NCBI GenBank assembly: GCA_964446625.1
Contig: CAYUPH010000003.1
Coordinates: forward strand, 192 to 64,191
Direction: 5' to 3'
Source: an uncultured Candidatus Saccharibacteria bacterium
GTDB lineage: Bacteria > Patescibacteriota > Minisyncoccia > Phycocordibacterales > CAIRYW01
Length of the DNA: 64,000 nucleotides
The translations under genes were made by a program, and so were the position numbers. Shown piece by piece: positions 1-9,098 of this stretch (its first letter is position 1; each line of letters begins with the position of its first letter). Below the pieces are notes generated by a model. The model had not been told where the DNA came from. It made no database searches and saw only the letters and a program-made list of their open reading frames with translations.

Positions 1-70
1 GGCCCCTTATCCCGAGCTCACCCCTCAACTGCCAGAGAAGGGAAGACTCGAATCGTTAGACGATAGGGCC
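1..70 (-). ncRNA. tRNA-Glu-like structured RNA or pseudo-tRNA (3' end may run off the window)
   Basis: Minus strand begins GGCCCTATCGTCTAACG, like a tRNA-Glu 5' end, and ends AAGGGGCC. No TTCGA T-loop at the expected position. Folds as a long hairpin. Promoter directly upstream. Confidence 0.45.
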
Positions 71-82
71 GTACAGTTTCTA

Positions 83-111
83 AATTTAGCAGAAAATTGA
101 TTTTTAGGCAA
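83..111 (-). promoter_or_regulatory. sigma70-type promoter driving the tRNA-like RNA
   Basis: TTGCCT-17 nt-TAAATT with extended TG. Confidence 0.55.
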
Positions 112-125
112 AAAAATTCCGCCCC

Positions 126-329
126 TTACGAAGCGGCGAGACGGACTGCGAACCTTCGAAGATATCGATCTGCTACGTGAGCAATTAGGTTCAGGGTGAG
201 AGATTCATTGATTCCACGGTGATAGTGGTCGACTATTTTCTCTGCTATACACTCCGGAATTCCACATTCACACAAGGTATCCAAGACGCTCTGTTCTACT
301 GAATCATTCGAAAAAAGAGGGGTGGTCAT
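126..329 (-). CDS. small hypothetical protein (67 aa)
   Basis: ATG-started ORF with AT-rich upstream; no recognisable motif. Confidence 0.45.
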   Translation of the reverse strand: MTTPLFSNDSVEQSVLDTLCECGIPECIAEKIVDHYHRGINESLTLNLIAHVADRYLRRFAVRLAAS

Positions 330-364
330 ACTGCATAAATTTTACAATAAAAAAATCCCGGAGG

Positions 365-580
365 CTATGAGCCTGCCGGGAATAGATTGAGGACCATCTG
401 AATGTATTTCTCCCCACTATGAGGAGGGGAGGCTGCGGCGGTCGGATGCGGGCCGTTTTTTTGAGCAAACTCATCAGGCGGAAGACCTTTATCGAATTGG
501 TCATCGTCTCTTTCGTTTGCTAAGATGCCTGTAACAGCACACAAACTCCACCTAGATAATTTTCCAAGGGAGCGTCTCAT
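365..580 (-). CDS. small hypothetical protein (71 aa)
   Basis: ORF with a -10-like box just before ATG, and a hairpin TCCCGG-AGGCT/AGCCT-CCGGGA plus U-tract at its 3' end. Confidence 0.4.
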   Translation of the reverse strand: MRRSLGKLSRWSLCAVTGILANERDDDQFDKGLPPDEFAQKNGPHPTAAASPPHSGEKYIQMVLNLFPAGS

Positions 581-622
581 ACCGGGAATTTATAATACAA
601 CAGAAAATAAATTACGCAAGCC

Positions 623-982
623 CTAGCGGTGTTTTAGCTTCACGAGGTGAGCGTGGAAGTGAGCAGGAATACTTGTCTTTGCCATACCGGTCAAAATGTA
701 GTCAAAAGACCGGACAAACTTGTTTTCGGTTTTAAGGCGCATAAACTCCTCTTGCTCCTCTCTAGAAAGCTCTGATTCTGTCACATGTCTTTTTGGAAAA
801 ATGATAAGGCTTTCCGAAGCAACGGCATCATAGGGAAAATGATTTTCGACAATAACAAAATGCTTAAATCTTTTTACTACCTGCTGGATTTTTTTGTCGC
901 ATAGAAAACAGGGAACATTTGGGTTCTGCTCGCGGTATTTTTTGTATGCGTTTTCTGTAAGTTTAGTACGCAGGCTTTGCAT
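623..982 (-). CDS. HIT family hydrolase
   Basis: CxxC near N-terminus, NHFPY, PKRH and histidine triad HFHAH. Confidence 0.85.
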   Translation of the reverse strand: MQSLRTKLTENAYKKYREQNPNVPCFLCDKKIQQVVKRFKHFVIVENHFPYDAVASESLIIFPKRHVTESELSREEQEEFMRLKTENKFVRSFDYILTGMAKTSIPAHFHAHLVKLKHR

Positions 983-987
983 ATTGT

Positions 988-1434
988 TTAGAACAAAGAT
1001 TCTACAACTTCTTTTACATCTGCGCCTTCTGCGGTACCTTTTGATTCTTTTATAACTGCGCCCATTAGGATTCCAATTTTAGCTTTGTCAGTAATTTGAA
1101 GCTCGGCTTTTTTTGCTTCTGCAATTTTGCGAATGTCGTCTTTGCTCATGCTTGCAGGGAGGAGGGTCTCGATGACAGTAAGCTCGGCTTTTTCGCTCTC
1201 TGCAAGGTCACTTCGCCCACCTTTTTCGAATTGTTCAATCGAGTCTTTGCGCTGTTTTGCAAGTTTCTTTACAACTGCAAGAGCTTCCTCGTCTGTTAGA
1301 GTGTCCTGTGGTGTGCGTCCCTTAGCTACGAGCTCGTTTGTAAAAGCCGAAAGGATTCCTCGGTAGACAGAGAGTCCAACCGTGTCCTTTGCAATCATTG
1401 ATTCTTTAATCTTTGCTCGAATTTGTTCTTGCAT
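988..1434 (-). CDS. yqeY: GatB/YqeY domain protein
   Basis: KQRKDSIEQFEKGGRSDL motif; typical 148 aa length. Confidence 0.9.
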   Translation of the reverse strand: MQEQIRAKIKESMIAKDTVGLSVYRGILSAFTNELVAKGRTPQDTLTDEEALAVVKKLAKQRKDSIEQFEKGGRSDLAESEKAELTVIETLLPASMSKDDIRKIAEAKKAELQITDKAKIGILMGAVIKESKGTAEGADVKEVVESLF

Positions 1435-1507
1435 ATACTTTTTTATTACTGCCTAATTGGGGTTTATTTTAGCATATGAGAGACTTTTGTTATAATCTCT
1501 GGAACAC

Positions 1508-2197
1508 ATGACTAAAGTAAGGTTTCTCCAGTTAAATATCCAGAAGAAAAAGCATCTTGAGAAGGTGTTTCAGTTCATAAAAGAGGGGGATTTTGACCTG
1601 CTTCTCCTCCAAGAAATTTATGAAGAAGATGCAAAAGAGTGGGCAGAAAAACTTGGGTACCATACGTACGTGGCAAAATATACACACCAAGACAAAGATA
1701 CTGTTGTGATTTTTTCGAAGCTTCCTTTTGTAGACAAAGAGGAATACTACCTCATGGCAAGAGAAATGGAGTACAGTAGCGGACCTGGCTACGAGTTTTC
1801 GCTTCTTCGCGCAAATATTGAAGTAGATGGAAAGGAGGTGGTTCTCCTCTCGGCACATTTACCGGTGCATTACCCGGGAGACGAAGTATCGGAGTACCAA
1901 ATGGTGTGTTACAAAAAGTTGAAGCCCCTCCTTGATTCTTTTCCAGAATTTCTCTTTACTGGTGACTTTAATACTCCACGAGGAACTTTCATCTTTGATG
2001 ATATGACTACATATATGACCGATAATATTCCAAAGGAAGTAACAACAACGCTTGATCCTGAGCTTCATAAAGTGGGGAAGTTGTTCGAGTATGTGGTTGA
2101 CGCTGTTTTTACAAAAGGAGGCTATGTGGTTCAGGATGTAAAACTTTTTGAGGGTCTAAGTGATCACAAAGGAATTACTGGAGTGCTTACTGTCTAA
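1508..2197 (+). CDS. endonuclease/exonuclease/phosphatase family protein
   Basis: QLNI, LQE, SAHL, GDFN and SDH motifs. Confidence 0.9.
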   Translation: MTKVRFLQLNIQKKKHLEKVFQFIKEGDFDLLLLQEIYEEDAKEWAEKLGYHTYVAKYTHQDKDTVVIFSKLPFVDKEEYYLMAREMEYSSGPGYEFSLLRANIEVDGKEVVLLSAHLPVHYPGDEVSEYQMVCYKKLKPLLDSFPEFLFTGDFNTPRGTFIFDDMTTYMTDNIPKEVTTTLDPELHKVGKLFEYVVDAVFTKGGYVVQDVKLFEGLSDHKGITGVLTV

Positions 2198-2216
2198 AAG
2201 AGGGTATAATATCTCT

Positions 2217-3290
2217 ATGCAAACAACAACAATAATTCTAATTGTTCTCGCCGCTCTGCTTTTAAACGCAGGGATTGTCTTTTTTCTTGTACGAAAAAAC
2301 AAAGATGAAAAAAAAGAGGATTCAGGTGGACTGTCGCTTATACTTTCTCAACTGAACGAATTGTCACGAGTAGTTGATTCAAAAATTACAGAAAATGCTC
2401 GTGATGTGCAGGATTCGCTTCGTTTCCAAAGTACACAGTCAATTCGAATTATTCAAGAAGTAACAGAAAAGCTCGCAAAACTCGACGAAACCAACAGACA
2501 GGTTGTGTCTGTTGCGGGGGAGCTTCAGAGTCTTCAAGATATTCTAAAAAATCCAAAGCAAAGAGGAATCCTCGGTGAGTATTATCTTGAAACACTTCTT
2601 AAAAACGTTCTGCCTCCAGGCTCGTACGAAATGCAGTACAAACTTGGAAAAGACGAAGAGGGAAGAGACCTTATACCGGACGCAGTCGTGTTTGTAAAAG
2701 ACAAGATTATCCCCGTTGACTCAAAGTTTAGTCTCGAGAATTACAACAAAATTGTCGAAGAGAAAAATCCTGCGGAAAAAGAAAGGCTTGAAAAAGTTTT
2801 TGTAAACGATTTGAAAAACAGAATTGTCGAGACATCAAAATATATTCAGCCGAGCTCTGGAACAATGGATTTTGCTTTTATGTTCATTCCACACGAAGCG
2901 ATTTATTATGACCTACTCGTGAACACTATTGGTGCCCTTAAAGAAGAAACAGAAAACCTCATTCAGCGCGCTGCGTCAAAGTACAAAGTGATTATTGTGT
3001 CTCCAACGTCTTTCCTTGCATATCTCCAGACAGTGCTTCAGGGGCTAAAGGCAATGCAGATAGAGGAGGAGGCAAAGGATATTGTAAAAAGGGTAGGAGA
3101 ACTAACACTACACCTCAAAAAGTACGCAGAGGTTCACGACAAGCTCGGTAGGTCTATTGCAACGGTAGTAAACCAGTACACTGACTCGTCAAAGGAGTTT
3201 AAGAAAATAGACAAGGATATAATGCGAATTACAGAGGGGGGCGAAAAGATTGGCTACGAGCCTATAAAGCTGGATAAGCCAGAGGAGTAG
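2217..3290 (+). CDS. rmuC: DNA recombination protein RmuC
   Basis: N-terminal TM, coiled coil, RGILGE, PD...DSKF, MFIPHE, SPTS. Start moved to the ATG 6 nt after TATAAT. Confidence 0.92.
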   Translation: MQTTTIILIVLAALLLNAGIVFFLVRKNKDEKKEDSGGLSLILSQLNELSRVVDSKITENARDVQDSLRFQSTQSIRIIQEVTEKLAKLDETNRQVVSVAGELQSLQDILKNPKQRGILGEYYLETLLKNVLPPGSYEMQYKLGKDEEGRDLIPDAVVFVKDKIIPVDSKFSLENYNKIVEEKNPAEKERLEKVFVNDLKNRIVETSKYIQPSSGTMDFAFMFIPHEAIYYDLLVNTIGALKEETENLIQRAASKYKVIIVSPTSFLAYLQTVLQGLKAMQIEEEAKDIVKRVGELTLHLKKYAEVHDKLGRSIATVVNQYTDSSKEFKKIDKDIMRITEGGEKIGYEPIKLDKPEE

Positions 3291-3320
3291 AATAGGTGAA
3301 AAAAGGTGATTTTAGTCCTC

Positions 3321-3350
3321 CTTTCTACTTTTTCCTTTCTACCTTCTACT
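3321..3350. repeat. dispersed pyrimidine-rich (TTCTAC-type) intergenic repeat, copy 1
   Basis: TTCTACTTTTTCCTTTCTAC is identical to 12021-12040; inverted near-copy at 11692-11719. Confidence 0.7.
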
Positions 3351-3400
3351 ACCCGCCCCCAGGGTTGCATTTTTTGGGGAAATTAGATAATATATAGCCC

Positions 3401-3754
3401 ATGCCTAAAACAGCAACAAAAACACAAAAAACAGACGAATTTGCAGTCATTGCAACCGGAGGAAAGCAGTACAAGGTTTCTGTTGGTGAATCTGTAAAAA
3501 TAGAGAAAATTAAGGGTGACCTAAAGGAAGGGGACAAGGTAGTTTTTGACAAAGTTCTCCTTGTTGATGATGGGTCAAATACTACTATTGGAGAACCTTA
3601 TATTTCTGGAGCTCTTGTAGAGGCAACAATCGCTAAAATCGGAAAAGGAAAGAAGGTGGTTGGAATGCGATACAAGCAAAAGTCTCGTTCTGGAGGTACA
3701 AAATTTGGCCACAGACAGCCTTTCTTTGAAGTCACAATCAACTCAATCAAATAA
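3401..3754 (+). CDS. rplU: 50S ribosomal protein L21
   Basis: AVIATGGKQYKV ... GHRQPF. Confidence 0.97.
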   Translation: MPKTATKTQKTDEFAVIATGGKQYKVSVGESVKIEKIKGDLKEGDKVVFDKVLLVDDGSNTTIGEPYISGALVEATIAKIGKGKKVVGMRYKQKSRSGGTKFGHRQPFFEVTINSIK

Positions 3755-3759
3755 TACTC

Positions 3760-3787
3760 AAAAAACCGCCCCTCTGGCGGTTTTTTG
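3760..3787 (+). terminator. intrinsic terminator after rplU
   Basis: AAAAAACCGCC/GGCGGTTTTTT hairpin. Confidence 0.85.
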
Positions 3788-3811
3788 TTTTATGTGGTAT
3801 GGTGCAGAGGC

Positions 3812-3910
3812 ATGAGAAATATACTAATACTTTCTGGTGCAGTGTTCCTGTGTTGGGAAGGGTGCGAGCTCCTAAAAAAGTTTATCAACTTTTGGTTCGC
3901 ACAGCAGTAA
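3812..3910 (+). CDS. putative 32-aa hydrophobic microprotein (MRNILILSGAVFLCWEGCELLKKFINFWFAQQ)
   Basis: Below the ORF-track cut-off. Fills the rplU-recR gap and is preceded by TGGTATGGT and GAGG. Confidence 0.4.
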   Translation: MRNILILSGAVFLCWEGCELLKKFINFWFAQQ

Positions 3911-3933
3911 ATCACAGCCCATCTAGCGCTTCG

Positions 3934-4545
3934 CTAGTGGGCTTTTTTATTCTGTAAGGCAAATCGAAGGGTCTCTTTGTCAGCATATTCGAGCTCAGAG
4001 CCAGTCGAGAGTCCACGCCCGAGCTCAGAGATAGTAAGCCCAAAGTCTCTTAAAATTGTCTCAAGGTAAGCCACTGTGCTTTCACCGTCATGGTTTGTAC
4101 TAAAGGCAAGAATAACTTCGCGAAGGGATTCAGTTTCTTTCATAGAGACGACGAGTTTTAGTAGCTCGCTTTGGCGAATCTTTTTTGCTGGTTCTTTTTC
4201 GAGAACGGGAACAATTCCTCCGAGAATAAAATACTTGCCTTTATAAGCTCCGCTTTTTTCAATAGAAATCATGTCGCTGTCTTTTGCGACAATCATAAGT
4301 TGTCCGGTTTGCCTTGAAGAGTCTCTGCAAATGCTACATGCTTTTTCACCTGCCTTTGGTTCAAAAAATCTTTTGCATTTTTCACAAAGGAAGACTGCTT
4401 TTTGTGCATCCCGAAGGAGGGAAGAGAGTTCGTTTGCATACGAGGTTCCGCGCCCGACAACATAGTACGCAAAACGCCGCGCTTGCCGGGGTCCAATGCC
4501 GGGAAGCTGTCTAAATGCCTCAACTAATTTCTCAAAACTGTCCAT
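3934..4545 (-). CDS. recR: recombination mediator RecR
   Basis: LPGIGPRQARR HhH, C4 zinc finger, Toprim domain, GSELEYAD. Confidence 0.95.
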   Translation of the reverse strand: MDSFEKLVEAFRQLPGIGPRQARRFAYYVVGRGTSYANELSSLLRDAQKAVFLCEKCKRFFEPKAGEKACSICRDSSRQTGQLMIVAKDSDMISIEKSGAYKGKYFILGGIVPVLEKEPAKKIRQSELLKLVVSMKETESLREVILAFSTNHDGESTVAYLETILRDFGLTISELGRGLSTGSELEYADKETLRFALQNKKAH

Positions 4546-4557
4546 CTGTGGAAAACG

Positions 4558-5940
4558 CTAAAAGACCTCGTCTTTTATAAAATCTGAAATGTTGCTCTTT
4601 TCGAGGTTGAGGAATGTTGTTCTTTCTCCGTCAAAGAAGAGTTCAATAGAACCAACAGGTCCGTTTCGGTGTTTGTCTATGTGTATTTGAGCAATGTTTT
4701 GTCTTTCGGTGTTTTCTCGGTATTTGTCTTCTCTGTGGATGAACATAACAACATCGGCGTCCTGCTCGATAGAACCAGAGTCTCGAAGGTCTGAAAGTTT
4801 TGGTCGTCCGTCTCCTCCTCTTTTTTCTACGTCTCGAGATAGCTGTGAAAGAGCGAGAACAGGAACTTTGAGCTCACGAGCGAGTTGCTTAAGAGACCTT
4901 GAAATTTCTGTTACTTGCTGTACGACGTTGTCATTGTGTTTGCTTGAAGTTGGGGTCATGAGTTGTAGGTAGTCGACGATAATTAGCCCAAGACCTTTTT
5001 CTCTTTTTAGTCTTCGCGCAACTGCACGCATTTTTAGAATATTGTTTCCGGCCTGGTCGTCAATAAAAATTGGAGCAGCAGAAAGTTTGTCGAGGGCGTT
5101 TCGAAGGTTTGCAAAATCTTCGTCGCGCGACAGCTTTCCTGTACGAAGTTTCCATGAATTGACGCGCGACTCAGCTGCAAGCATACGATCAACGAGCTGT
5201 CCTGAACTCATTTCAAGAGAAAAGATTCCAACTGGCACACCGTGCTGTGTTGCTGCTTGGCGAGCAATATCGAGTGCGAGCGCTGTCTTACCCATTGAAG
5301 GTCTTGCGGCAAGAATAATGAGGTCAGAAGGCTGAAGTCCAGAGAGCATGCTGTCGAGATCTTTAAAGCCCGTTGGAATTCCTCGAAGCTCGCTTCCTGA
5401 TTTGTGTAGAGCATCGATTCGGTCCCATGCTTCACCAAGAGTGTCTTTGATTGAGATAAATTTTTGCGTTGTACTGCTGTTAGAGATCTCGTAAATACTC
5501 TTTTCGGCGATGTCCATGATCTCGTCTATTGCATTTTCTTCATCGTAGCCGAGTTCGTTTATGTGCTCTGAGACTTCGATGAGTCTTCGAAGCATTGCTT
5601 TCTTTTGAACGATTTCTGCGTAGTGGCGAGAGTTTCCTGCAGAAGGGACCGAGTGAATCATTTCAGCTAAGTAACTTCGTCCACCAATGTTTTCAAGCTT
5701 TCCTTTTTCTTCGAGTTTGTTTGATACAGAAAGGAGGTCAATCGGTTCTGATTTTTCGGTCAGTTCAATCATCGTTTTATAAATAAAACGATGTTTATCT
5801 GCATAAAAAGAGTCAGGAGTAATAATGTCCACAATGTCGTGGATTGCTTCGGGCCTGATCATAATGCTCCCTAAAAGTGCCTGCTCGCTGTCGAGACTTT
5901 GTGGAGGAACTTTCAAAATTTTGCCACCTTGCTTTGCCAT
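4558..5940 (-). CDS. dnaB: replicative DNA helicase
   Basis: ARPSMGKT, FSLEMS, IVDYLQL, LSQLSR, LRDSGSIEQDAD, KHRNGP. Confidence 0.98.
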   Translation of the reverse strand: MAKQGGKILKVPPQSLDSEQALLGSIMIRPEAIHDIVDIITPDSFYADKHRFIYKTMIELTEKSEPIDLLSVSNKLEEKGKLENIGGRSYLAEMIHSVPSAGNSRHYAEIVQKKAMLRRLIEVSEHINELGYDEENAIDEIMDIAEKSIYEISNSSTTQKFISIKDTLGEAWDRIDALHKSGSELRGIPTGFKDLDSMLSGLQPSDLIILAARPSMGKTALALDIARQAATQHGVPVGIFSLEMSSGQLVDRMLAAESRVNSWKLRTGKLSRDEDFANLRNALDKLSAAPIFIDDQAGNNILKMRAVARRLKREKGLGLIIVDYLQLMTPTSSKHNDNVVQQVTEISRSLKQLARELKVPVLALSQLSRDVEKRGGDGRPKLSDLRDSGSIEQDADVVMFIHREDKYRENTERQNIAQIHIDKHRNGPVGSIELFFDGERTTFLNLEKSNISDFIKDEVF

Positions 5941-6062
5941 GTCTCTATTTTACATCTTCCGCATGGCTTTCGCGAATAGACAAAAGAGGATTTTGTGTGG
6001 GCAGTTTGGGGAAAACTTTCGGGGGTTTGAAATAAGGCATTTTTCCTATATAATTTCCACTT

Positions 6063-6746
6063 ATGAAAGCAGTAATACTCGCAGCAGGCAAGGGGACGAG
6101 GATGGGAGACCTCTCAAAAGAGACTCCTAAACCTATGCTCAAAGTCCTCGGAAAGACTCTAATTGAACATAAACTTCTTTCGCTTCCTGAAAGTGTCACA
6201 GAGGTGGTTATTGTTGTCGGGTACCTCAAAGACAAAATTGTTGACGTGCTCGGAAGTGAATATGCGGGCAAAAAAATCGTATATGTTGTCCAGGAAGAAT
6301 TAAATGGTACTGCAGGAGCTTTGTTTTGTGCGAGAGACATTTTGCAAGGAGAAGAAAAATTTCTTGTACTAATGGGTGACGATATTTATTCAAAGGAAGA
6401 CATGGAGGAGTGTATAAAGCACGACTATGCAATTTTGATTCGAGAGACTGATAATTTGCAGGGAAGAGCAAAAGTTGTTTTTGACGGCGAGGGGCATATA
6501 AAAGATATTCTCGAGAAATATCCCGATCCGGTTTCTGGTTTTGTTTGTACAGGCATGTACACAATCACTCCAAAGATTTTTGAATATACACAAGTTGGAA
6601 TTCCTGGTGGCGAGCTTGGTCTTCCACAAACAATTCTTTCTATGAAAGATGAAGTCAAAATAAAAGCAGTTCAGTCACGTTTTTGGCTAAACATTACGTC
6701 ACCAGAAGATTTAATTATTGCTGAAACTTTTCTAAAGATTGATTAG
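6063..6746 (+). CDS. sugar-phosphate nucleotidyltransferase family protein
   Basis: ILAAGKGTRM...PKPML, GTAGAL, MGDD. Confidence 0.9.
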   Translation: MKAVILAAGKGTRMGDLSKETPKPMLKVLGKTLIEHKLLSLPESVTEVVIVVGYLKDKIVDVLGSEYAGKKIVYVVQEELNGTAGALFCARDILQGEEKFLVLMGDDIYSKEDMEECIKHDYAILIRETDNLQGRAKVVFDGEGHIKDILEKYPDPVSGFVCTGMYTITPKIFEYTQVGIPGGELGLPQTILSMKDEVKIKAVQSRFWLNITSPEDLIIAETFLKID

Positions 6747-8102
6747 TTTTTGACTACCGTCCTTTTGGTCAAGAACACTAAAACCTTCATTTTTGATTTG
6801 TTCTCGAAGTGAGTCTGCAAGAGCATAGTCTTTGTTTGCTTTTGCAGCGCTCCTTTTGTTTAAAAGCTCTTTTACTTTTTCAGGAACATTTAATTCTTCA
6901 GAGAGTCCGAGTGACAGGACGCTATCAAGACGAAGAAGGGTTGCTTTTTTCTCTCCAGGACTTAGGTCGCTACGGAGTAAATCAAATATAAGCGCCACAG
7001 CTTTTGGTGTGTCTAAGTCATCATTTAGAAACTCCTTACATTTTTCAATATAGTTTTCCGAAGCTTCACCTTCCTCGTTCGTGCTTTGTACGAAGTCTTT
7101 TATTTTTTTGTGTGCAACACCCGCAGCCTCAAGCGCTTCAAAAGAAAAATCAATACGAGTTGAATACTTTGCGGTAAGGAGCCAGTAACGATACGCAAGA
7201 GGGGAGATCCCTTTTTCTTTGATGCTACCTAGAGTTACGAAATTTCCCTCGCTTTTTGCCATTTTTCCATTTTGGATTGTGAGGTGGTTATTGTGCATCC
7301 AAAAGTGTGCGATGGGGCTACTATCTCCTGTGTACGCTTCTGCCTGCGCGATTTCGTTGTTGTGGTGCACTGCAATGTGGTCAATTCCACCTGTGTGAAT
7401 ATCAAATTTGTTTCCAAGGTGCCCGATACTAATTGCAGAACACTCAATGTGCCAGCCCGGAAACCCTTTTCCAAAAGGTGCGTCAAATCCGACGTCACCG
7501 TCTTTAGAAAATTTCCAAAGAGCAAAGTCTTTTGGGTCTTTCTTTTCAGATTCGACGCCAACGCGCGAATGTTCTTCTGAGGCGGAAAATCCAAGTCTTC
7601 CGTAGTCTGGAAGTTTTGCTGTATCAAAATAAATTCCATCGCTTATTTTGTATGTAAAACCTTTTTCATTAAGCGCCACAATCATTTTTATTTGCTCTGC
7701 AATCTCACTTGTTGCAGAGATGAGTTCAGAAGGAAGTGCAATATTTAAATCACCTAAATCTTTTAGAAAAAGGTCTGTATATTTTTTTGCTATGGTAGCA
7801 AGGGACCCCAGTGTCATAGGAAGGCCTTCTCGTTTAACTGCTTTTACCATCTTGTCGTCGCCCTGGTCCGCATCGTCAGAGAGGTGACCGATGTCAGTTA
7901 CATTCATAACCTGTTTTACTTTAAGACCGTTGAATTCCAAAGTCTTTCGTAGAATATCAGTAAAGACATAGGCTCTCAGGTTCCCAATATGAGCAAGGTT
8001 ATAAACTGTTGGTCCACAAGAATACATCCGTACTTCTCCCGGAGTAAGGGGTTTAAAAGGTTCCTTCTTTTTTGTGAGAGTGTTATATAAGAAAATCTCC
8101 AT
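6732..8102 (-). CDS. cysS: cysteine--tRNA ligase
   Basis: CGPTVY, HIGN, GWHIECS, DIHTGG, KMAKS. Confidence 0.97.
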   Translation of the reverse strand: MEIFLYNTLTKKKEPFKPLTPGEVRMYSCGPTVYNLAHIGNLRAYVFTDILRKTLEFNGLKVKQVMNVTDIGHLSDDADQGDDKMVKAVKREGLPMTLGSLATIAKKYTDLFLKDLGDLNIALPSELISATSEIAEQIKMIVALNEKGFTYKISDGIYFDTAKLPDYGRLGFSASEEHSRVGVESEKKDPKDFALWKFSKDGDVGFDAPFGKGFPGWHIECSAISIGHLGNKFDIHTGGIDHIAVHHNNEIAQAEAYTGDSSPIAHFWMHNNHLTIQNGKMAKSEGNFVTLGSIKEKGISPLAYRYWLLTAKYSTRIDFSFEALEAAGVAHKKIKDFVQSTNEEGEASENYIEKCKEFLNDDLDTPKAVALIFDLLRSDLSPGEKKATLLRLDSVLSLGLSEELNVPEKVKELLNKRSAAKANKDYALADSLREQIKNEGFSVLDQKDGSQKLINL

Positions 8103-8105
8103 CTG

Positions 8106-9005
8106 CTATAGCCATTTCTTGTAGCTGAAGTATCCAATAAAGGACGCCACCAGAGCAAGCATCATGAGAATAATAATCCAAAAGTCCCCTTTAAGTCCAA
8201 TTATCGGCATTGTTTCAGTTCGCATAGCAAAAAGGGCGGCAATGAGGGTGAGAGGAAAAGTACAAAACGCCATCATTGTAAGGCTTTTTATTGCTTCATT
8301 TTGCTTAGAAGAAAGGAGGGAGTCGTTTGTGAGACGGAGTTCATCAAGGAGTTCTTTGTTTGCCTGCATACGCCTTTCAACACGCTGATATTCTGCGGAC
8401 ATGTCGTGAATAAGTCTTTCGTACTTTTCTCCAAGAAAATCTTTAAACGCGCTGTGAAGAGTTACAATTGCTTCGCGGTGAGGAAGAATAGCGTTTCGGA
8501 AACGCAAAATGTCTCGGTGAATTCGAGAAAGCTCTTGTACCATTTTTCTCTCTTCTCCTTTGAAAATAGAAGTCTCGGCTTTGTGGAGTGCGCTACGAAT
8601 TGTGTCGACATCGCGAAGGAGTGAGTGGTAAAGATGTTTTGTGAGTCTGTGAAATAGAAAACCTCCGTTGTTCTCTTCGCTATCCATTTCGCCGAGCGTG
8701 TCACGAAAATTATCAATTTGTTTTACTTTGTCGTAGTGGACGGTTATAAGAAAATGTTCACCAACAATAAAATCAATTTCTTGTCTGTGATCTGCTGTTT
8801 TGTTTTGTGAAAGGATAGGGAAGTGAAGGACTAGGTAGACACAGTTTGGATACACAGACACCGTCTGCTTTGGGGTGGGAGAGAGTAAGTCTTCTGCTGC
8901 TTCTTCGGGAATTTTGTATTCTTCCATGAGAAGTCTAATCTCCCTTTCGTCAGGAGTTCCGACATCTATCCATGTAAGATTTCCAATGTTGTGTGTTTTT
9001 ACCAT
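8106..9005 (-). CDS. corA: CorA family Mg2+/Co2+ transporter
   Basis: Long helical domain and two C-terminal TMs. The GMN signature is altered to AMR. Confidence 0.85.
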   Translation of the reverse strand: MVKTHNIGNLTWIDVGTPDEREIRLLMEEYKIPEEAAEDLLSPTPKQTVSVYPNCVYLVLHFPILSQNKTADHRQEIDFIVGEHFLITVHYDKVKQIDNFRDTLGEMDSEENNGGFLFHRLTKHLYHSLLRDVDTIRSALHKAETSIFKGEERKMVQELSRIHRDILRFRNAILPHREAIVTLHSAFKDFLGEKYERLIHDMSAEYQRVERRMQANKELLDELRLTNDSLLSSKQNEAIKSLTMMAFCTFPLTLIAALFAMRTETMPIIGLKGDFWIIILMMLALVASFIGYFSYKKWL

Positions 9006-9098
9006 TTAGATAAGTATAACAGATTTTTAATGAACAAAACTTCGGGGCTGTTTAAAAGTTTTGTTTGCTTTTTATTTGTTTTTTGAAATAATTAAATT

